DNA from: a virus
Taxonomy: Duplodnaviria; Caudoviricetes
IMG/VR virus record: IMGVR_UViG_3300021387_000034
Coordinates: 18,011-82,010 of that record
DNA: 64,000 nt
Reading direction: 5' to 3' (one strand)
The translations under genes and the position numbers were made by a program. The notes beneath the pieces were generated by a model that was given only the letters and a program-made list of their open reading frames with translations, searched no databases and was not told the DNA's origin. Positions 39,838 through 50,191 of this stretch are shown here, in pieces. How positions within the stretch are numbered: position 1 is the first letter of the stretch; each line of letters begins with the position of its first letter.

Positions 39838-41799
39838 ATGAATGAAGAAATAAGCAGAATAGATATTAATAACGTAAACTACAAGCTAAAGGATGAAGAT
39901 ACCAGAGCACTTGGTGAAATGGGTAAACAAGCCTTGATAAAAGTAGGTTATTACGTTTGTAGCACACAGGGAAGTACTGCTGCAAAAACCATTAGTGCTG
40001 CGGATTACACCTTGTCTGCAGGTGGGTGTATCAAAGTAAAAATGGATAATGCAAACACTGTAAATAATGCCACACTGAATATTAATTCAACAGGCGCAAA
40101 GCCTCTTTACTATGCAGGCGAAAGAGCTTCTGCTACTAATAGTTGGGAAGCAGGAGAAACGGTTGAAGTTTACTACGATGGAACAAGTTACTATGCTAAT
40201 AATGTTGCTGGTAATTCTTCTGACGGTGTATTTGATGTAAGTAAAAAATATCCTACAAGTGGTGTAGAAGGAGGTAATACTTATACACTTGAAGGTGCGC
40301 TTTCTGTTCTTAATACTAATCTTCCTGCTAGTAAGAAAAGAGGTGGCATGAGCATTAAGTTCATACAGAGTTCTGACAATAACTATATACAAGCCCGTCT
40401 GATGGCTAATGCTTTCACCACTGATATTACTCAGTGGCAGGTAGTAGATGATACTCCAAAGAAGGGAAGCCACAATCTAATAGAGAGTGGGGGTGTGTAT
40501 GAAAAAACAAAAGGCATACAGCACGAGACTGATGAAACAGGAAATGAAGAGATATTGATTGAAAGCGAAGATAACGGACCTCTTGTTAAAGTAACAGAAG
40601 ATTATGTTGACTGTAAAAACCTTAGAAGTAATGGTGTAGATGTGCTTGATGAAATAGGTAGTATAGCCTCAAAATCTCCGACACCATCAGATACAGATGA
40701 AATACTTTTTACAGGAGATGATTATTCCGAAACACTTGGTGGCGAGGTACACGCGAAAGTAGGAAGTTATGGAGTAAAATCTAAAGGGTATCTTGATATG
40801 GAAGGCAACGATGCCATACAGCCATATATAAACAAAATCAAGAACAAGAACGCAAGATTTATATTCTTAGGCGATTTACATTATCCAGGCAATGATAGCA
40901 ATCTCGATAATGAAGTACCTGTAGAGGATTTGCCATCAAGTATGACAGAAGGACACAGTATTAGATATAAGTATCAGCATCTTGTAGATGCTCTTAATGC
41001 AGAACACCACAAGAGACCTATTGACCTTGTATTATGTACTGGTGATGTTATTGAAAATTATTCTTTTGAGTCTTTCATTAAAGAGTTTGCATGGCAGCTT
41101 GAAATGCCTATTGTATTTGGACCTGGTAATCATGATGTAGTAGCACAAAGTTATTGGATTGAATATTTCGGTAACAAATGGAGTTTTAATGTTGAAACTG
41201 ACGATTTCTTGTTTGTTTTCTTTGATGTGTGGGACCATATAAACATTCCTACAGGAGAACATTTCCCAACGTACCAAGAAATATATGACAGAATTGAAGA
41301 TGCTTGTAGTCATGGTAAAATCGTTATTTCTTTCTCACATTCTGAGGGTGGAGAATATCGTGAAAATATGATTTCTATAGCAAGTCATTTTCCTAACTAC
41401 ATAGCACATGTTGCTGGTCATACACATAGTATGAGACTTCTTCCTTATGGAAAGTTCACTGTTATTAATGACGGAAATTTTGCATATAACGGAGATGGTA
41501 TCTATAGGGAAGATGAAGTTCGAGGTCTTTTTGGGTTTAATAATATTGAAGTCGAAAACGGTTCTTTAAAGACTTGGTTTATTTGGCCTGAATACAATTA
41601 CAGGAAAGCTAATTTCACTTTCCCATTCTCAGAAGGAACTTTGCATAAAGTTGATGATACTCATTATACAGTTGAAAGTAATCAGAAGTTCACAATGATA
41701 GAAAACGCCAACTTGGAGAGCACAGCTGACACCTTGCAGTTATATAAACTGAAAGACATCTACCTAAAGAAAAAGATTGCGATTAACGAAAATAGATAA
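39838..41799 (+). CDS. tail-fibre-like protein with C-terminal calcineurin-like metallophosphoesterase
   Basis: GDLH, GDV, GNHD, SH, GHTH motifs in order. Confidence 0.75.
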   Translation: MNEEISRIDINNVNYKLKDEDTRALGEMGKQALIKVGYYVCSTQGSTAAKTISAADYTLSAGGCIKVKMDNANTVNNATLNINSTGAKPLYYAGERASATNSWEAGETVEVYYDGTSYYANNVAGNSSDGVFDVSKKYPTSGVEGGNTYTLEGALSVLNTNLPASKKRGGMSIKFIQSSDNNYIQARLMANAFTTDITQWQVVDDTPKKGSHNLIESGGVYEKTKGIQHETDETGNEEILIESEDNGPLVKVTEDYVDCKNLRSNGVDVLDEIGSIASKSPTPSDTDEILFTGDDYSETLGGEVHAKVGSYGVKSKGYLDMEGNDAIQPYINKIKNKNARFIFLGDLHYPGNDSNLDNEVPVEDLPSSMTEGHSIRYKYQHLVDALNAEHHKRPIDLVLCTGDVIENYSFESFIKEFAWQLEMPIVFGPGNHDVVAQSYWIEYFGNKWSFNVETDDFLFVFFDVWDHINIPTGEHFPTYQEIYDRIEDACSHGKIVISFSHSEGGEYRENMISIASHFPNYIAHVAGHTHSMRLLPYGKFTVINDGNFAYNGDGIYREDEVRGLFGFNNIEVENGSLKTWFIWPEYNYRKANFTFPFSEGTLHKVDDTHYTVESNQKFTMIENANLESTADTLQLYKLKDIYLKKKIAINENR

Positions 41800-41826
41800 T
41801 TAATTATTAATTAAAAAGGTATTATT

Positions 41827-42483
41827 ATGAAATTAGTTTTAAGAAATTCAAATATGGTGATTTCGTCAATTACATATTTTGTTGAAATCATAAGTGATAA
41901 TGAGATTGTACCTACCATCACACTAACTGGTAACGGAGAAATCCATTATACTCTTGATGGAACCACTCCAACAAGTCTAAGTCCTGTTTATACAGAGCCT
42001 TTCTATTTGTTACAAACCTCTACAATAAAAGCTGCTATAGTCAAAGATGGGAAAGTCGTTTCAGATATAGTTTCAGAGACTATTAATGTTGCATCTCCTG
42101 CAAATACTTATTGGAATGGTCAAACTTTAACAGCAGACTCATCTACACTAACTCCATCTCAATCAAATGGAGTTAATACTACTAATGTAAATAGTGGTGA
42201 TTATATGGTTATGAAGTTTACTATCACTTCAGCAAATGTTACTGGTGCTACATCTTATAATGTAAGACTTAGAACTTCCGACTTTATTGATGTAGTATTA
42301 AAGAGATTTGGTTATGGAGAGGGTCAGGAAAGACCAGTTCTGAACAAAGAATATGTTGTAATAAAAAAAGCAACTTCTTCCTGTATTCTAAAATATGCAG
42401 GATTGCAACTGACAGGTACTCCAACAAGTGGAAATTTTGTGGTTAATATAACAGGTTACATTTATTCAGGCAGTACTAACTAA
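41827..42483 (+). CDS. Fn3/chitobiase C-terminal-like (Ig-fold) domain protein
   Basis: IHYTLDGTTPT..SPVYTEPF....TIKA. Confidence 0.7.
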   Translation: MKLVLRNSNMVISSITYFVEIISDNEIVPTITLTGNGEIHYTLDGTTPTSLSPVYTEPFYLLQTSTIKAAIVKDGKVVSDIVSETINVASPANTYWNGQTLTADSSTLTPSQSNGVNTTNVNSGDYMVMKFTITSANVTGATSYNVRLRTSDFIDVVLKRFGYGEGQERPVLNKEYVVIKKATSSCILKYAGLQLTGTPTSGNFVVNITGYIYSGSTN

Positions 42484-42509
42484 TATAGTTCTTGTAATAA
42501 GTAGGTACA

Positions 42510-42538
42510 AAAGGCAGTCACTTCGGTGGCTGTCTTTA
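42510..42538 (+). terminator. intrinsic terminator
   Basis: AAAGGCAGTCAC-TTCG-GTGGCTGTCTTT. Confidence 0.75.
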
Positions 42539-42721
42539 CAAAGATTAAATAATAGAGATTATGGAAGTAAAGTTTAATGTAGAAGTACAAAGAAAAGATA
42601 AAGTGGCGTGACCGAATTATGGCGTGATTCCATTGTTACATACAAAAATGGAAACACCCCAAATGTTGTTAAATATCCCAAAAACATATTTGTGGTTACT
42701 TGGAATATCAATTATTAGTAT

Positions 42722-42729
42722 TATCTTTG
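42722..42729 (+). promoter_or_regulatory. -7 promoter box for tail tip gene
   Basis: TATCTTTG 20 bp before ATG 42749. Confidence 0.6.
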
Positions 42730-42748
42730 CAATTATAAAGTTAAAAAA

Positions 42749-45700
42749 ATGGCTCAAAATACTGGACGTAATATAACGTTTCCGATATATAATGCAGACG
42801 GAACTGCTTTTCACGGTTTGGAACTAAAAAAAGCAACAGTTGATAGCGTTGTTATGTCTCTTGGCGACAAGGTGACTGGTGACGTTTATTATATAGACAA
42901 CTACTTGGCCGTGACAATGCAAGAATACATCGTTGTTAATAGCGTAAAATATACACTTGTATCTCCACCTACAATTGTACGCGAGGGTATGGTTGCGGAT
43001 AACACCCAATTAAAGGGCATGACCAAATACTCGTTTACATTCTATCACCCCATGTACCAATTGGGCAACATTCCATTCACCGATATTGCTGTCACGCAAG
43101 GCCAAGAAAAATATCTTTCGCAAAACAAGACTTTTTCTTGGATTGGTAACTTGTTTGAATTTGTACAAAAATTAAGAGCTAACCTTAAAAACACGCAATG
43201 GGCTATTGACGTTGAAATTCCGCAATATGAGCAAGATGGTTCAACCATAACACCGCAATGGGGAAAAGCACTTAAACAAAGCGATGTTTTATCCTTTGAC
43301 AAGAACTTTATAAGCGATGCACTAAAGACGGCGTATGACACATGGGAGATACCTTTTGTGATAAGTCACTATGAAAGTGTACCGCCAAGCGGCTACACAC
43401 GTTTAAAATGGGTTAGAATTTCAGAAATACATCAAAGTGTCACAAACACAACAGCACCATTTTGGTTATTTATATACAATCTAAATTCAGTAAGCGCGGC
43501 GAATAAAAAAATACCTTATTGCAAGGTTTTTAATGAAGACATTTTGCTACTCGACCTTATTCCATGTAAAGATTCAAACAATAACGTTGGTTTGTATGAT
43601 GTTGTTGAGGGCGTGTTCTATGGTAGCAACCAAGAAGTGACTTTTGAAGCTGGCGGAGAAATAGGCAAGAACAAGAAGTTTAACATTACATTTGGATTGC
43701 CTACAAACAATATTTATGACGAGAATGGCAATGAATATGTCTTTAGGTTCGGAAAAGGTCTTGGTTTAAAGAACAATTCTCGTACACCACGAAACAATAA
43801 AATTGTTACACGTATTGTTGGATATGGTAGCGATAGAAACATTCCTTATGGCTATCCACAAATCCATTGGACAGGAAACCAATCGTGGGATTACACAATC
43901 AACAATAATCCAAATGCGGCCAATTCCTACCCTATCTATGATGGTATAGTAGCTGGCCAACGTGTGCGCCTTATCAAGCATCCGTTTACGCGCACAACAC
44001 TTATGCCGTCTATCTATTCGGAAACGGTAAACAAGAAAGTCAATCCAAATGCGACTGGCTATGACCCAGACATTGAGATAAAGGACTATTACGATGCGAT
44101 AGACGATGCTACACACGCTTACCCTAACAATATCAATGTACTTGCACCGTCGGTAGAGGTACACCAATTCGAGAAAGAATATCCACAATTGGGCGAGGCT
44201 GCTATCATTAGTGCAACACCATACGACGAGGACGGTGAATATTACACCTACACACAATGGTATAACTATTTGCAAGCTCGTATTGCAACGATGCGCGGCC
44301 AAGGCATTGACGGTTGGCAACTGCAACTTATCGTTAGTATGCGCGATAATACGTGCCACTATACGCCAGCAACCGCAGAATCTTTGCCGTCGGCATCTAT
44401 ACCTGCTGGGCATTGGGAATGGCGCACAGGTCAAGCAACGGCGACGTTGGATAGCGTTATAAAGGGTAATTTCGTGTATGTTACACTTGTGTCATCGTGG
44501 TACAACGAAACGCACAAGATATTACAAATACATGCCGACCCAACACCAGAATGGGATGATACGATGAATGACGATGGCGAGTATATTCAATCTTATTTCA
44601 AGATTAAACTACCGCAATTGACATTCGACCTTTACGCATGTGCTGCCGTTACGCAAGAAATGAACATCAATATGCGCAGCGGTTCGTGTATGGGTTGTAC
44701 TTTCCCCGTTCAAGTGGATTGGGAATTATACAAGGCCAACTTCTATGATTCCGATGGCAAATTTGCGCCAGACGGAGCACAACGTGACCTTGAAAAATTC
44801 CCGAAATCAAACCTTGGGTCAATAGATGTCATCGTTCAAAAGGATAATGACACATTCGGTACTCTTATGCCGAATCAATACCGTTATCCCGTTAATGGTG
44901 ACAAATTCGTTATCCTTGGTATTTCTTTGCCTACATCGTACATCACAACGGCAGAACAAAGCCTTGATGAAACGATGAAAGAATACATGTTGGAAAACAA
45001 TGTGCATTACTACGACTATCCACTAAAATTCGACGAGCGCTTCTTAGCTACACATCAAAATATATTGGCACAAATAAAGAACAACAATATTGTAAAGTTC
45101 CAATATGCAGGCACACAAATGGCGTTGTATATCAAGCAAATTACTATCAAGTATGGTGACAAGCCTTTGCCGCAATATGACATCACGCTTACCGATGACG
45201 TAGAAATTGTGCTTAACCAAATAGGCCAAGTAACCGATGACGTGAGCCGTATGCGTGTTCAAGTGTCGGAATTGCAAAAATACTATTCCGAAAACCTGAT
45301 ACAAGAAATAAACAGCAAGTTAAGCAAGATTGTTAATGATGTTTGCCAAGGCCGTATAACGTTCCAACAAGGATTAGATTCGTTAGGTAGCGTTATTTTC
45401 CATGATAAGATACAAAGCCCACAATTCGAGGAGGGTCTTTATACTGGTCGTGGGTGGCGAATTGATAACCTTGGTAACGCTGAATTTGAATCAGCACGTG
45501 TACGTTCTTTCTTGGAAATTGTCGAATTGATAGTAAACCGCTTGCAAGCACAAGAGGGTGATACGTTGTTTACCGATAATGACCAAATAGAAAAGGTTGA
45601 TGTTATTGAGGACGAAACCGACCACAGTATTTCGTATATCCTTACTTTGAAAGAAAAGTATCAAGGATATGTGACAGGACAAATGTATGGCAACGTCGTA

Positions 45701-48064
45701 AAAGGTGTCATCAACACGTTAGCGGCCAAACAAGCAGGTGTAAGCGACTACGAAAGCACAAGTGTTGAAGTTGATGGCTCAAACAAATACTACACGTCAT
45801 GGATGCGTGTAATAGACACACACAACACCAACGTAAATCTTGGAGTAAACCAAATCCAAGTTGTGCTTTATGGTGATAACTTTGTGCCTGCAGGACGCAA
45901 TTTTGCTCCATGTGAATTGATGACTATTGCCCGTTGGGGATGCGTGGACTATTCAGACCCCGAAGACCCAGATTATGAGGACATTAAAGCGTCGATTATT
46001 CGCCGTCAACGTATGTTTATGATAAGCACTACCGATGGCCGCGTAGTCAAATATACTGGCGTTGATAGTCCTATCCTAAAGAATGGCAACTATGGCGTTA
46101 CCATTGGTGAATTGCCCGAATTTGTAAAGAACTATCCAGACGTGCGGGCTATCTTGAATCAAGTTGGTGAACACACGGATTGGCTATATGCACAGGGAAT
46201 AGTTGTTGGTAATTTCATTAAGGTGGATATTGAAGGAAGGCCAGAAGTAAATATTATTGATTGTGGCAAATGGGTCGATGGAAGCAGTACGGCCAACCCA
46301 ACACCACGAAACGGTATCTATCTTTACAATGAATGGAACAGCACAACACAACAATATGAAACTCACGATGTATGGCACAATAATGCTAAGTGGCGATGTT
46401 TACAACACCAACCTGTAGTTATTGGTGGCGTAAGCACGTATTACGAACCTACGGATGCTAATTCGGCATATTGGCTTAAACTTGAATACGGTGTAGGAGG
46501 AGATAGTGCTCCCATCGCACTTGCTACACCTGACAAGATAACTATACCTTGCTATTCTAATGGAAACGTTAAAGAACAAAAGACCACAAGTGTCATTTTC
46601 TCGTTAAAAGTTGGTGCAAACACAGCAACCGTAACAAGTTTCGCAGACGGAACAAAGCCAACTGGCGTAACCGTGCAAGGCCAAGCAAACAATGCCGTTA
46701 CTATTACGGTAGGAACAACTGCGACTGCAAGCGGACTTTCGACTGGTGTAACATTTACCGTTACTGGCACTTACGATGGTAAAACGTATTCCGCTACCGT
46801 AACCGTTGCATTGATTGGCGCAACCCAAGGTGAAAGCATTACTGGTCCTCGAGGAAAAATTGGTCGTTTCTTTTATTATGCAGGCGAATGGAATGATTTT
46901 GCAAGTACGGATAGTTTCTTGGTAAACGACGCTCAAGCACCTTATTTCCATTACGACAACAACTATTGGGTATTTAACCCAACAACAAACGGAACGTACA
47001 CGATGTCTGAAATGGGAGCACCGTCATCGTCAAGTGCAAATTGGCAAATAATGACATCGGATTTCAAGTACATAATAACCGAGGCGATATTTGGTAATTA
47101 TGCTCACTTTGGCAGCGCAATCATAAACGGCGATTGGATGATTTCCACAAATGGTAAAATTGGAAACACAGAATACAACAACGGTGCATTATACAATGGT
47201 GTGCCTGCGTACACATTGTTTGACCCCGTACTATTGCATGGCACAAGCATGATACAGACAAACGTATCATCATCGACAACAAAGACATACACAAAAACAT
47301 TTGCATTGTCAGCAGGACGTGGGTATGCTTTCAAAGGGCTTGCTACACCGCCTTCGTCCACGTCAACGATATATATTGCGCTTTATAAAGGTTCAACAAA
47401 CATAAGACAAATAGGCGTTACGGGTTCGGGAATACAATCTTTCAGGTTGGAGGTTTCGGAAACCCTTGTTGTAGGAGGAGAAGACTACAAAATTTGCACT
47501 TGGACTTCAACGGGTAGTAGCACTTTGGGGTATGTTTATATAGACGCACTATCGGGCGTTATATTCTTTCCAAATTACGCTGTGGATATGCTTACTGGAA
47601 ACACATACCAAACAAATGCAATTATCAAGGGTAATATATATTGCAACCAATTCAAGATAACAAGCAATAACTATTCGACATATTGTTACTATTCTTCGTC
47701 AATGAGTGGGTATATAGTCGAAGCGTCTAAAGTTAATGCGGACATACAAATTGAATATGGTTCTGTAGTTGGTGTCAGGTTGCCTATTATAACAAAAAAG
47801 GACGTTGGGCGAGAAGTAAGAATTATAAACTTTTCGGGCAATAGCATTGCCATTGGTGTTGATTATGGCTTTGGCTTTGGTATTTCGGGGTATAATGCTT
47901 TGCTTTGGGATGGCAATAGCGGCTTTAAGAACGTAACACTCGCAACTTACGGAGAATGCTTGTTAAGAGCAATCGAACTACCAGATAGTAAAAAACAAAC
48001 AAGTGAAGACGCCGAATATGGTTGGTCATACGCTTGGGTGTGTGTTCGCTATGGTTCTTACTAA
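42749..48064 (+). CDS. large tail tip/central fibre protein (Tal-like, receptor binding)
   Basis: 1771 aa; tail-endopeptidase-like IVTRIVGYGSDRNIP; beta-rich C-terminal modules. Confidence 0.75.
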   Translation: MAQNTGRNITFPIYNADGTAFHGLELKKATVDSVVMSLGDKVTGDVYYIDNYLAVTMQEYIVVNSVKYTLVSPPTIVREGMVADNTQLKGMTKYSFTFYHPMYQLGNIPFTDIAVTQGQEKYLSQNKTFSWIGNLFEFVQKLRANLKNTQWAIDVEIPQYEQDGSTITPQWGKALKQSDVLSFDKNFISDALKTAYDTWEIPFVISHYESVPPSGYTRLKWVRISEIHQSVTNTTAPFWLFIYNLNSVSAANKKIPYCKVFNEDILLLDLIPCKDSNNNVGLYDVVEGVFYGSNQEVTFEAGGEIGKNKKFNITFGLPTNNIYDENGNEYVFRFGKGLGLKNNSRTPRNNKIVTRIVGYGSDRNIPYGYPQIHWTGNQSWDYTINNNPNAANSYPIYDGIVAGQRVRLIKHPFTRTTLMPSIYSETVNKKVNPNATGYDPDIEIKDYYDAIDDATHAYPNNINVLAPSVEVHQFEKEYPQLGEAAIISATPYDEDGEYYTYTQWYNYLQARIATMRGQGIDGWQLQLIVSMRDNTCHYTPATAESLPSASIPAGHWEWRTGQATATLDSVIKGNFVYVTLVSSWYNETHKILQIHADPTPEWDDTMNDDGEYIQSYFKIKLPQLTFDLYACAAVTQEMNINMRSGSCMGCTFPVQVDWELYKANFYDSDGKFAPDGAQRDLEKFPKSNLGSIDVIVQKDNDTFGTLMPNQYRYPVNGDKFVILGISLPTSYITTAEQSLDETMKEYMLENNVHYYDYPLKFDERFLATHQNILAQIKNNNIVKFQYAGTQMALYIKQITIKYGDKPLPQYDITLTDDVEIVLNQIGQVTDDVSRMRVQVSELQKYYSENLIQEINSKLSKIVNDVCQGRITFQQGLDSLGSVIFHDKIQSPQFEEGLYTGRGWRIDNLGNAEFESARVRSFLEIVELIVNRLQAQEGDTLFTDNDQIEKVDVIEDETDHSISYILTLKEKYQGYVTGQMYGNVVKGVINTLAAKQAGVSDYESTSVEVDGSNKYYTSWMRVIDTHNTNVNLGVNQIQVVLYGDNFVPAGRNFAPCELMTIARWGCVDYSDPEDPDYEDIKASIIRRQRMFMISTTDGRVVKYTGVDSPILKNGNYGVTIGELPEFVKNYPDVRAILNQVGEHTDWLYAQGIVVGNFIKVDIEGRPEVNIIDCGKWVDGSSTANPTPRNGIYLYNEWNSTTQQYETHDVWHNNAKWRCLQHQPVVIGGVSTYYEPTDANSAYWLKLEYGVGGDSAPIALATPDKITIPCYSNGNVKEQKTTSVIFSLKVGANTATVTSFADGTKPTGVTVQGQANNAVTITVGTTATASGLSTGVTFTVTGTYDGKTYSATVTVALIGATQGESITGPRGKIGRFFYYAGEWNDFASTDSFLVNDAQAPYFHYDNNYWVFNPTTNGTYTMSEMGAPSSSSANWQIMTSDFKYIITEAIFGNYAHFGSAIINGDWMISTNGKIGNTEYNNGALYNGVPAYTLFDPVLLHGTSMIQTNVSSSTTKTYTKTFALSAGRGYAFKGLATPPSSTSTIYIALYKGSTNIRQIGVTGSGIQSFRLEVSETLVVGGEDYKICTWTSTGSSTLGYVYIDALSGVIFFPNYAVDMLTGNTYQTNAIIKGNIYCNQFKITSNNYSTYCYYSSSMSGYIVEASKVNADIQIEYGSVVGVRLPIITKKDVGREVRIINFSGNSIAIGVDYGFGFGISGYNALLWDGNSGFKNVTLATYGECLLRAIELPDSKKQTSEDAEYGWSYAWVCVRYGSY

Positions 48065-48076
48065 CAAAGAAACGCT

Positions 48077-48517
48077 ATGTCAAAAATAATCTACAACGAC
48101 TACATACCCCTTAGTGGATTTAAGGCAATGACTTTGTGGCCTTGTGTATTCGTCCGTAATGAGTGCAAGGAACGATTTACGGCTATTGATTCCAACCACG
48201 AAAAGATACATGGTATGCAACAAATTGAAACGCATATCGTGGCATTGATATTGGCCGTTCTTTTGGCCGCAGTCGGTCTTTTTTCTTGGTGGTGGGTACT
48301 TGTAAGCCCTTTGGTGTATTTCGCGCTATATGGCCTTGAATACATCGTTAGGTGGGTTTGCTACGGATTTGATACACGCGAGGCATATCGGAATATAAGT
48401 TTTGAACAGGAGGCATACTTGAACGAAAACGATTTGACGTACATTAAAAACCGTCATTTGTTTGCATCGCGGAAGTATCTTTTTCAAAAACGTATCATCG
48501 CAAATAAACAAAGATGA
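48077..48517 (+). CDS. membrane protein with HExxH motif
   Basis: HEKIH, TM segment, AYRNISFEQEAY. Confidence 0.65.
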   Translation: MSKIIYNDYIPLSGFKAMTLWPCVFVRNECKERFTAIDSNHEKIHGMQQIETHIVALILAVLLAAVGLFSWWWVLVSPLVYFALYGLEYIVRWVCYGFDTREAYRNISFEQEAYLNENDLTYIKNRHLFASRKYLFQKRIIANKQR

Positions 48518-48661
48518 CAAAAGACTTCTATTCCGCAAGTTATTTATATGAAAAACCCCATAAATTACGAATTAGCGGAAATAAATATTTGCGAAGTGTT
48601 TGATAATCAAGATGTTAGCAAACAATAATTCGTAAAAAATTCCACATAAAAGAAAAATATT

Positions 48662-48700
48662 GCCCGTAAACGCCTTTGTTTATTGGGCTTTTTTATTTTG
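48662..48700 (+). terminator. hairpin plus T-tract ending tail operon
   Basis: GCCC..AAAC-loop-GTTT..GGGC then TTTTTTATTTT. Confidence 0.5.
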
Positions 48701-48746
48701 ATGCGGACTTTAAAAAGTACCGTATTGCCATGCTATGTTTTGTGCG

Positions 48747-48754
48747 TAATTTTG
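48747..48754 (+). promoter_or_regulatory. -7 promoter box for five-gene module
   Basis: TAATTTTG followed by hairpin and AT-rich leader. Confidence 0.6.
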
Positions 48755-48819
48755 CACTTGTAATCGGTTACACCCACAAGTGATAATTAACAAAATTCGT
48801 AATTCAAAAAACAAAAATC

Positions 48820-49797
48820 ATGGCAGAAATTTATCAATTACCAGACAACAACCAAGGTGGCAACAATAGCGGTCTTGGTAACATTCCATTCTCTATTCCT
48901 ATTGGAGGTTTTGGTGGAGGTCTTTTCGGTGGCGGAAACTACGGCATGAACGGGATTGCTGACCTGTTTGGACTTGCTATTATTGCTTCAATGTTCGGTT
49001 GGAACGGTAACAATGGCTTTGGTGGTTTTGGTGGTAACGGAAACGCAGCCGCAGGCTACCTTGCAAACCAACTTAACAACGATAGCGGACGTGAATTGAT
49101 TATGAACGCTATCACCAACCAAGGAGAAGCATCACGCACAGCAATCCAAACACTTTCGACAATGCTCGGACAAGACTTTAATCTCGTCAACAGTGCCGTT
49201 AGCAACGTTCAAAACGCTTTGCAGACATTGGCATTGCAGCAAGCCGTTAGTGTTCCGCAAATCATCAATTCTATCCAAAGTGGTGACGCAAACATCATTA
49301 GCACGTTCCAAAAGTGTTGCTGCGACCAACAGCTCGCTATGTGCCAGCAGACCAACACCTTGCAGAACGCCATCAACGGTGTAGGCAATCAAGTGCAAGC
49401 AAAAGCCGCTGCCGACCAGTTGGCAATGTGCCAGCAAACCTATGCTCTTACGGACACTATGAACCGCAACTTCCTTGCTATCGACAACAAACTTGATGCT
49501 ATGGAGTCTAACCGCAAAGACCGTGAGATTACCGCTTTGACAGCAGAGGTTGCATCGTTGAAGTCTCAAAACTTTACTACTGGTGTTGTTCAGCAGGCTG
49601 TTGCTCCTGTAATCGGTCAACTTTCAGCTCTAAGCCGTGAGGTTGATGACATCAAGTGTCGTATGCCAGAAACTGTCAACGTCCAGTGGCCGAATCTTGT
49701 GGCCGTCAATGCAAGCCCCTACGTTAGTGGTGGTTTCTACGGACAGCCTTGGGGTGGTTTCTACGGCAACGGCTTTGGTAACAACATCACGTTTTAA
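48820..49797 (+). CDS. Gly/Phe/Asn-rich low-complexity, Gln-rich coiled-coil protein with CCC motif
   Basis: GGFGGGLFGGGNYG..., KCCCDQQLAMCQQT, internal QLAMCQQT repeat. Confidence 0.85.
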   Translation: MAEIYQLPDNNQGGNNSGLGNIPFSIPIGGFGGGLFGGGNYGMNGIADLFGLAIIASMFGWNGNNGFGGFGGNGNAAAGYLANQLNNDSGRELIMNAITNQGEASRTAIQTLSTMLGQDFNLVNSAVSNVQNALQTLALQQAVSVPQIINSIQSGDANIISTFQKCCCDQQLAMCQQTNTLQNAINGVGNQVQAKAAADQLAMCQQTYALTDTMNRNFLAIDNKLDAMESNRKDREITALTAEVASLKSQNFTTGVVQQAVAPVIGQLSALSREVDDIKCRMPETVNVQWPNLVAVNASPYVSGGFYGQPWGGFYGNGFGNNITF

Positions 49798-49823
49798 TAA
49801 TTAGCGGATAGGAGGTACATAGC

Positions 49824-50159
49824 ATGAGTTGTTTTAATAACATCACAACAAACGCGGGCGGTATTCCGCTACTTATTTCTACGAAGACGACCGTAGGCAC
49901 AGAAACTATTGATATCGCAATGGGCTTTCGCAGGATTCAACCTGTAGGTTATTTCACTGTTCGTATTTCGGATGTGATACCTGCCGATGCCACAACAACA
50001 TTGCCTGTCACCTTAACGCTGAATGGTACTACACGCCAACTTACACTGCCTAATGGCGAAAATGCTACAGCGGCTGAGTTGCTTAACGTGGGTACTATTT
50101 TGGTTTGGAATGACAGATTCAACGGTTCGTTGTACTTGATGTCACGCACCGTAGTTTAA
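49824..50159 (+). CDS. small beta-rich protein (module gene 2)
   Basis: ATG ORF co-oriented. Confidence 0.8.
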   Translation: MSCFNNITTNAGGIPLLISTKTTVGTETIDIAMGFRRIQPVGYFTVRISDVIPADATTTLPVTLTLNGTTRQLTLPNGENATAAELLNVGTILVWNDRFNGSLYLMSRTVV

Positions 50160-50191
50160 TAAAAAGTGTTTAACAACAAAAGTAATTAACA

